DNA from: Heptranchias perlo | Lineage: Eukaryota | Assembly: GCF_035084215.1 (NCBI RefSeq) | Contig: NC_090347.1 | Coordinates: 25,606,001 to 25,670,000 of the forward strand | Reading direction: 5' to 3' | DNA length: 64,000 nucleotides | Part shown: positions 61,098 to 64,000 of the stretch, piece by piece | Numbering within the stretch: position 1 is the first letter of the stretch | How the letters are laid out: the number at the start of each line of letters is the position of its first letter | Notes under the pieces: generated by a model | What the model was told of the DNA's origin: nothing | Seen by the model: the letters and a program-made list of their open reading frames with translations, nothing else | Database searches by the model: none | Position numbers and translations under genes: made by a program

Positions 61098-62904
61098 CTG
61101 AAATGACAAATTGAGATATTTCACTACAATTTACATCATGCACCCCCAAACTTTAATTCAAACAATTTTTTTGTGGAAGGCACCACATTATATTAATTCA
61201 TGAGTTCACAATGTCATGGGCCAACTGAATTGTGTGCAAGCCTCAGCATACTTTGAATTGAAACTTCCTTCAGATGATTCGTTGTTGTTGGCCAAATTGG
61301 CAGATGTGGCACTTAATGGATGTGATGTACTTAGCCGTAAGAACCAAGAAAACATTGACAGGGATTCAACTCTGGATCAGACTTCAACAACGTCACCAGC
61401 TGGCAACAAAGCTTACCCAGTGGAGGTCTGGGCTTGTTGACAGGAATGTAATGAGGAGCAGAAATTATACAAACTTTAACAATTTAAATATGATTTCAAA
61501 TTTAGAAAAAATACTTGCAATCTAAATCATTCCATGCATGTCCATAGCTTAATAATCAATGAAAAATTAAATTATATAATTGAGGTAACAATAAATTAGA
61601 GCACTTAAATATGTTGACGGTTCATATTGGGCTTTATTTGGGGACAAAGCAAAGCTGAGTGGCATAGTAGATGTTGGGTTCGATATTGCCATTAGATTAC
61701 AAATATAACTTTAAAAGATGAGTGAGTACCCTCTTGTAATCTAATGGCACATGGGAACCACATGACCATTACTTTAAACTGATCCCCAAACTCCCATTCA
61801 GCAGCTGTGAACTTCCTGGCTTTTTTCCCAGCCCAACCAGAAACTCTTCTCTGACCCAGCCCCAGGATAGGAGCCGACACATTGTCCTCCCTTGACATCT
61901 CCAGCCTTCAACTTCCAGAGCTGCCTTCCCCACACATGTCCACACCAGATCGATTGCCACTGGACCACCCATTTTCCTGGCCTTACTGCTGAGTCTCATT
62001 TTCTCAACCTCAATTCTGGACTTCCCATTGTCCAGCTTCTAGGGAGATGCTTTATTTGCCATCTGGAGTGTCTCAGAAATTTGAATTTTGTGTTGCTCAA
62101 GATGAAAGCTGTTGGTGTTCGGGAATAGAACGTCATTCAATTTTCTGCATGCAATGTCAGAGTTGGCACTCCCTCATCAGATACAGAAGAGATTTGTTCC
62201 AAGGCAACATGCTCTCTGCTCCACCTCAGTAAAATATCGTAACTTAAACCTCAGGAGTTCATTCCTTATAATACCGGCTGATAGCCATGTTTCCCACAGC
62301 AGCTAATCTTATAGCTCACTTAAAAAATAACAGCAAATGCTAATTTAAAGAGAGTCTATCTTATGACAATTATGAGCTGCTGCCAATCTATAAACTAGCA
62401 ACTTGAATTTACCTCAGGATCTCCCTATCTTGAATTAGCCACTCAAGATGTACCTGTCTACAGGCCTTGAAGGGACAGGCAATGTTAAAGAAAGCTCCTC
62501 CTTATGCGTTAAATGGAATAATGCTCCTGTCCTTATAAAACTCTGCCTTACTGAAAGCAATGTCATGTGGGAATCCAACAGTACAGTTCAGGATCATAGG
62601 TCAACAATCTCACTGGTACAATCTAATTCTGATGCTTCCCTTCATGCTTCACCGAGATTTTCAGCCTATCATCCCAGCCCAGTTGTGGAATTATTTTCTA
62701 CACCATGCCCAAGTATGCTTTATTTTTCTACTGGTGAAGCTGACCATCTGGCGTGAGTTCTTGAGTCAGAATCACTTGTAGTGACATTTCCAATAACTAA
62801 CCGCAGGCCATATATTTTATCCTCTGTGTGAAACCAGCCAGTGGTACAACTAAATCATGGAAAAACTTGCATTTCAATCAGAAGTAATTAAAACCAAAAC
62901 TTAC

Positions 62905-63159
62905 TTGCATATTTACATGTAATTTCAATGCATACAGAGCAATTATATTTTACGGAACACCATTCTCCAACTACTGGAATGTAACCAGTAATGTTGTACA
63001 GGTTATCTTCTGTATGCGTTATGGTAGAATTAGCAGTCAGGTCGGTTCCATTTTCATTCTGCCAGCGAAGATGTGCGAGCGGATATCCAAGTGCAGCACA
63101 AACAAGAACTTTTTCTCCACCTTGGTCCTTTTCGGTTATTTGTGGCACAGTATATGGAG
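62905..63159 (-). CDS. Gene C IgC exon, B7-family PD-L-like paralog; IgV and leader expected beyond the window end
   Basis: APYTVPQI...LVCAALGYPLAHLRW...EDNLYNITGYI...YNCSV; 255 nt, ttcag| and |gtaagt. Confidence 0.9.
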
Positions 63160-64000
63160 CTGAAAAGCATGTTTTACAAGTTTCATCTTGTGACCGAAAA
63201 TCGAGTGAGTGCAGCTGAATCAAATTTGACAAACACCGATCCTTACAGTAGCATCACAAACACTATTTTCCCAATGTTTTTATTCGGACTGCTTGCCATT
63301 ACTCACTGCATCATTCAAGTCTGAAGTTTTATTATTTGTCCAAATGAACCAAAAGAGCACTGCCAACTAAAAACAGCACTGTGCGATTTTAGATGATTTA
63401 TTTCAATTACTTTTCCGCCTCTCTACTAAAAGCAGTGACTAATGCTAGAGCATGGTGATATGTATGCCAACAGCCCTCCATTACCTCAGCCCAGCCATTC
63501 TTCATGTGTGAATCCCGAAAGTAAGTGGTGGTAGGAGCTTCAACCACAGGGACCTTAAAGCCAAGCTCAATCTTGCCTTCATCCAATGTCCACACACGCA
63601 CACTTCCAGAATGCATCATTAGACAGCAATCAGGAATAGGAACTCCAGCTGATTGTACCCTGGGGACATTACAGCCAACTCTAGAAGTGCATGGTTACCT
63701 ACGATGTATCTTCACAAGTACTTAACTTCCCCCATATGTCCCAATGCCCCTAGGGACTTAGGACTGTACTGGTCCAGAAAGGACCATGATTACAAATAGC
63801 ACCTTTACTGATGTGATTATATTACAAACTCTTTAGTTTTCATCTTAAATGTCTGATCTGAAATATTGCTATCTCTTGCATTCTTCTGTTGAAAGAAAAT
63901 AGACTTTCTTTACGTACCTTTAATCAGAAGCTCTACATCCGCTAAATCATAGCCACTTGACTGACAATCTAAGAAAATCTGATATTTCCCTTCGTCTGAA

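Overview
Repeat-rich vertebrate genomic DNA. The CR1, L2, Penelope, Harbinger and Deu-type SINE content looks like a cartilaginous fish (shark); this is inferred from the repeats only. There is one 309-nt assembly gap. Host genes: a minus-strand tandem cluster of B7-family (PD-L1/PD-L2-like) Ig genes. Gene B is complete (leader, IgV, IgC, TM and two cytoplasmic exons, 37582-43121). Gene C contributes IgC and TM exons (60954-63159), and an isolated leader exon at 3229-3295 suggests a third gene, A. A CR1 LINE has landed at the splice donor of gene B's cytoplasmic exon and fuses 164 codons of reverse transcriptase in frame to the receptor tail. The window also holds two decayed, mutually homologous but divergent LTR retroelements (4426-13280, tRNA-Lys-type PBS; 28861-35110, tRNA-Arg-type PBS). 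Both have a coiled-coil Gag and an Env built like a paramyxo/pneumovirus-type F fusion protein; the second keeps a retroviral-type YVDD RT. This best fits lokiretrovirus-like endogenous viruses. Also present: a two-gene Harbinger transposon with a related MITE, a Penelope-type hammerhead ribozyme, and many nested LINE/SINE fragments. Boundaries of degraded repeats are approximate.
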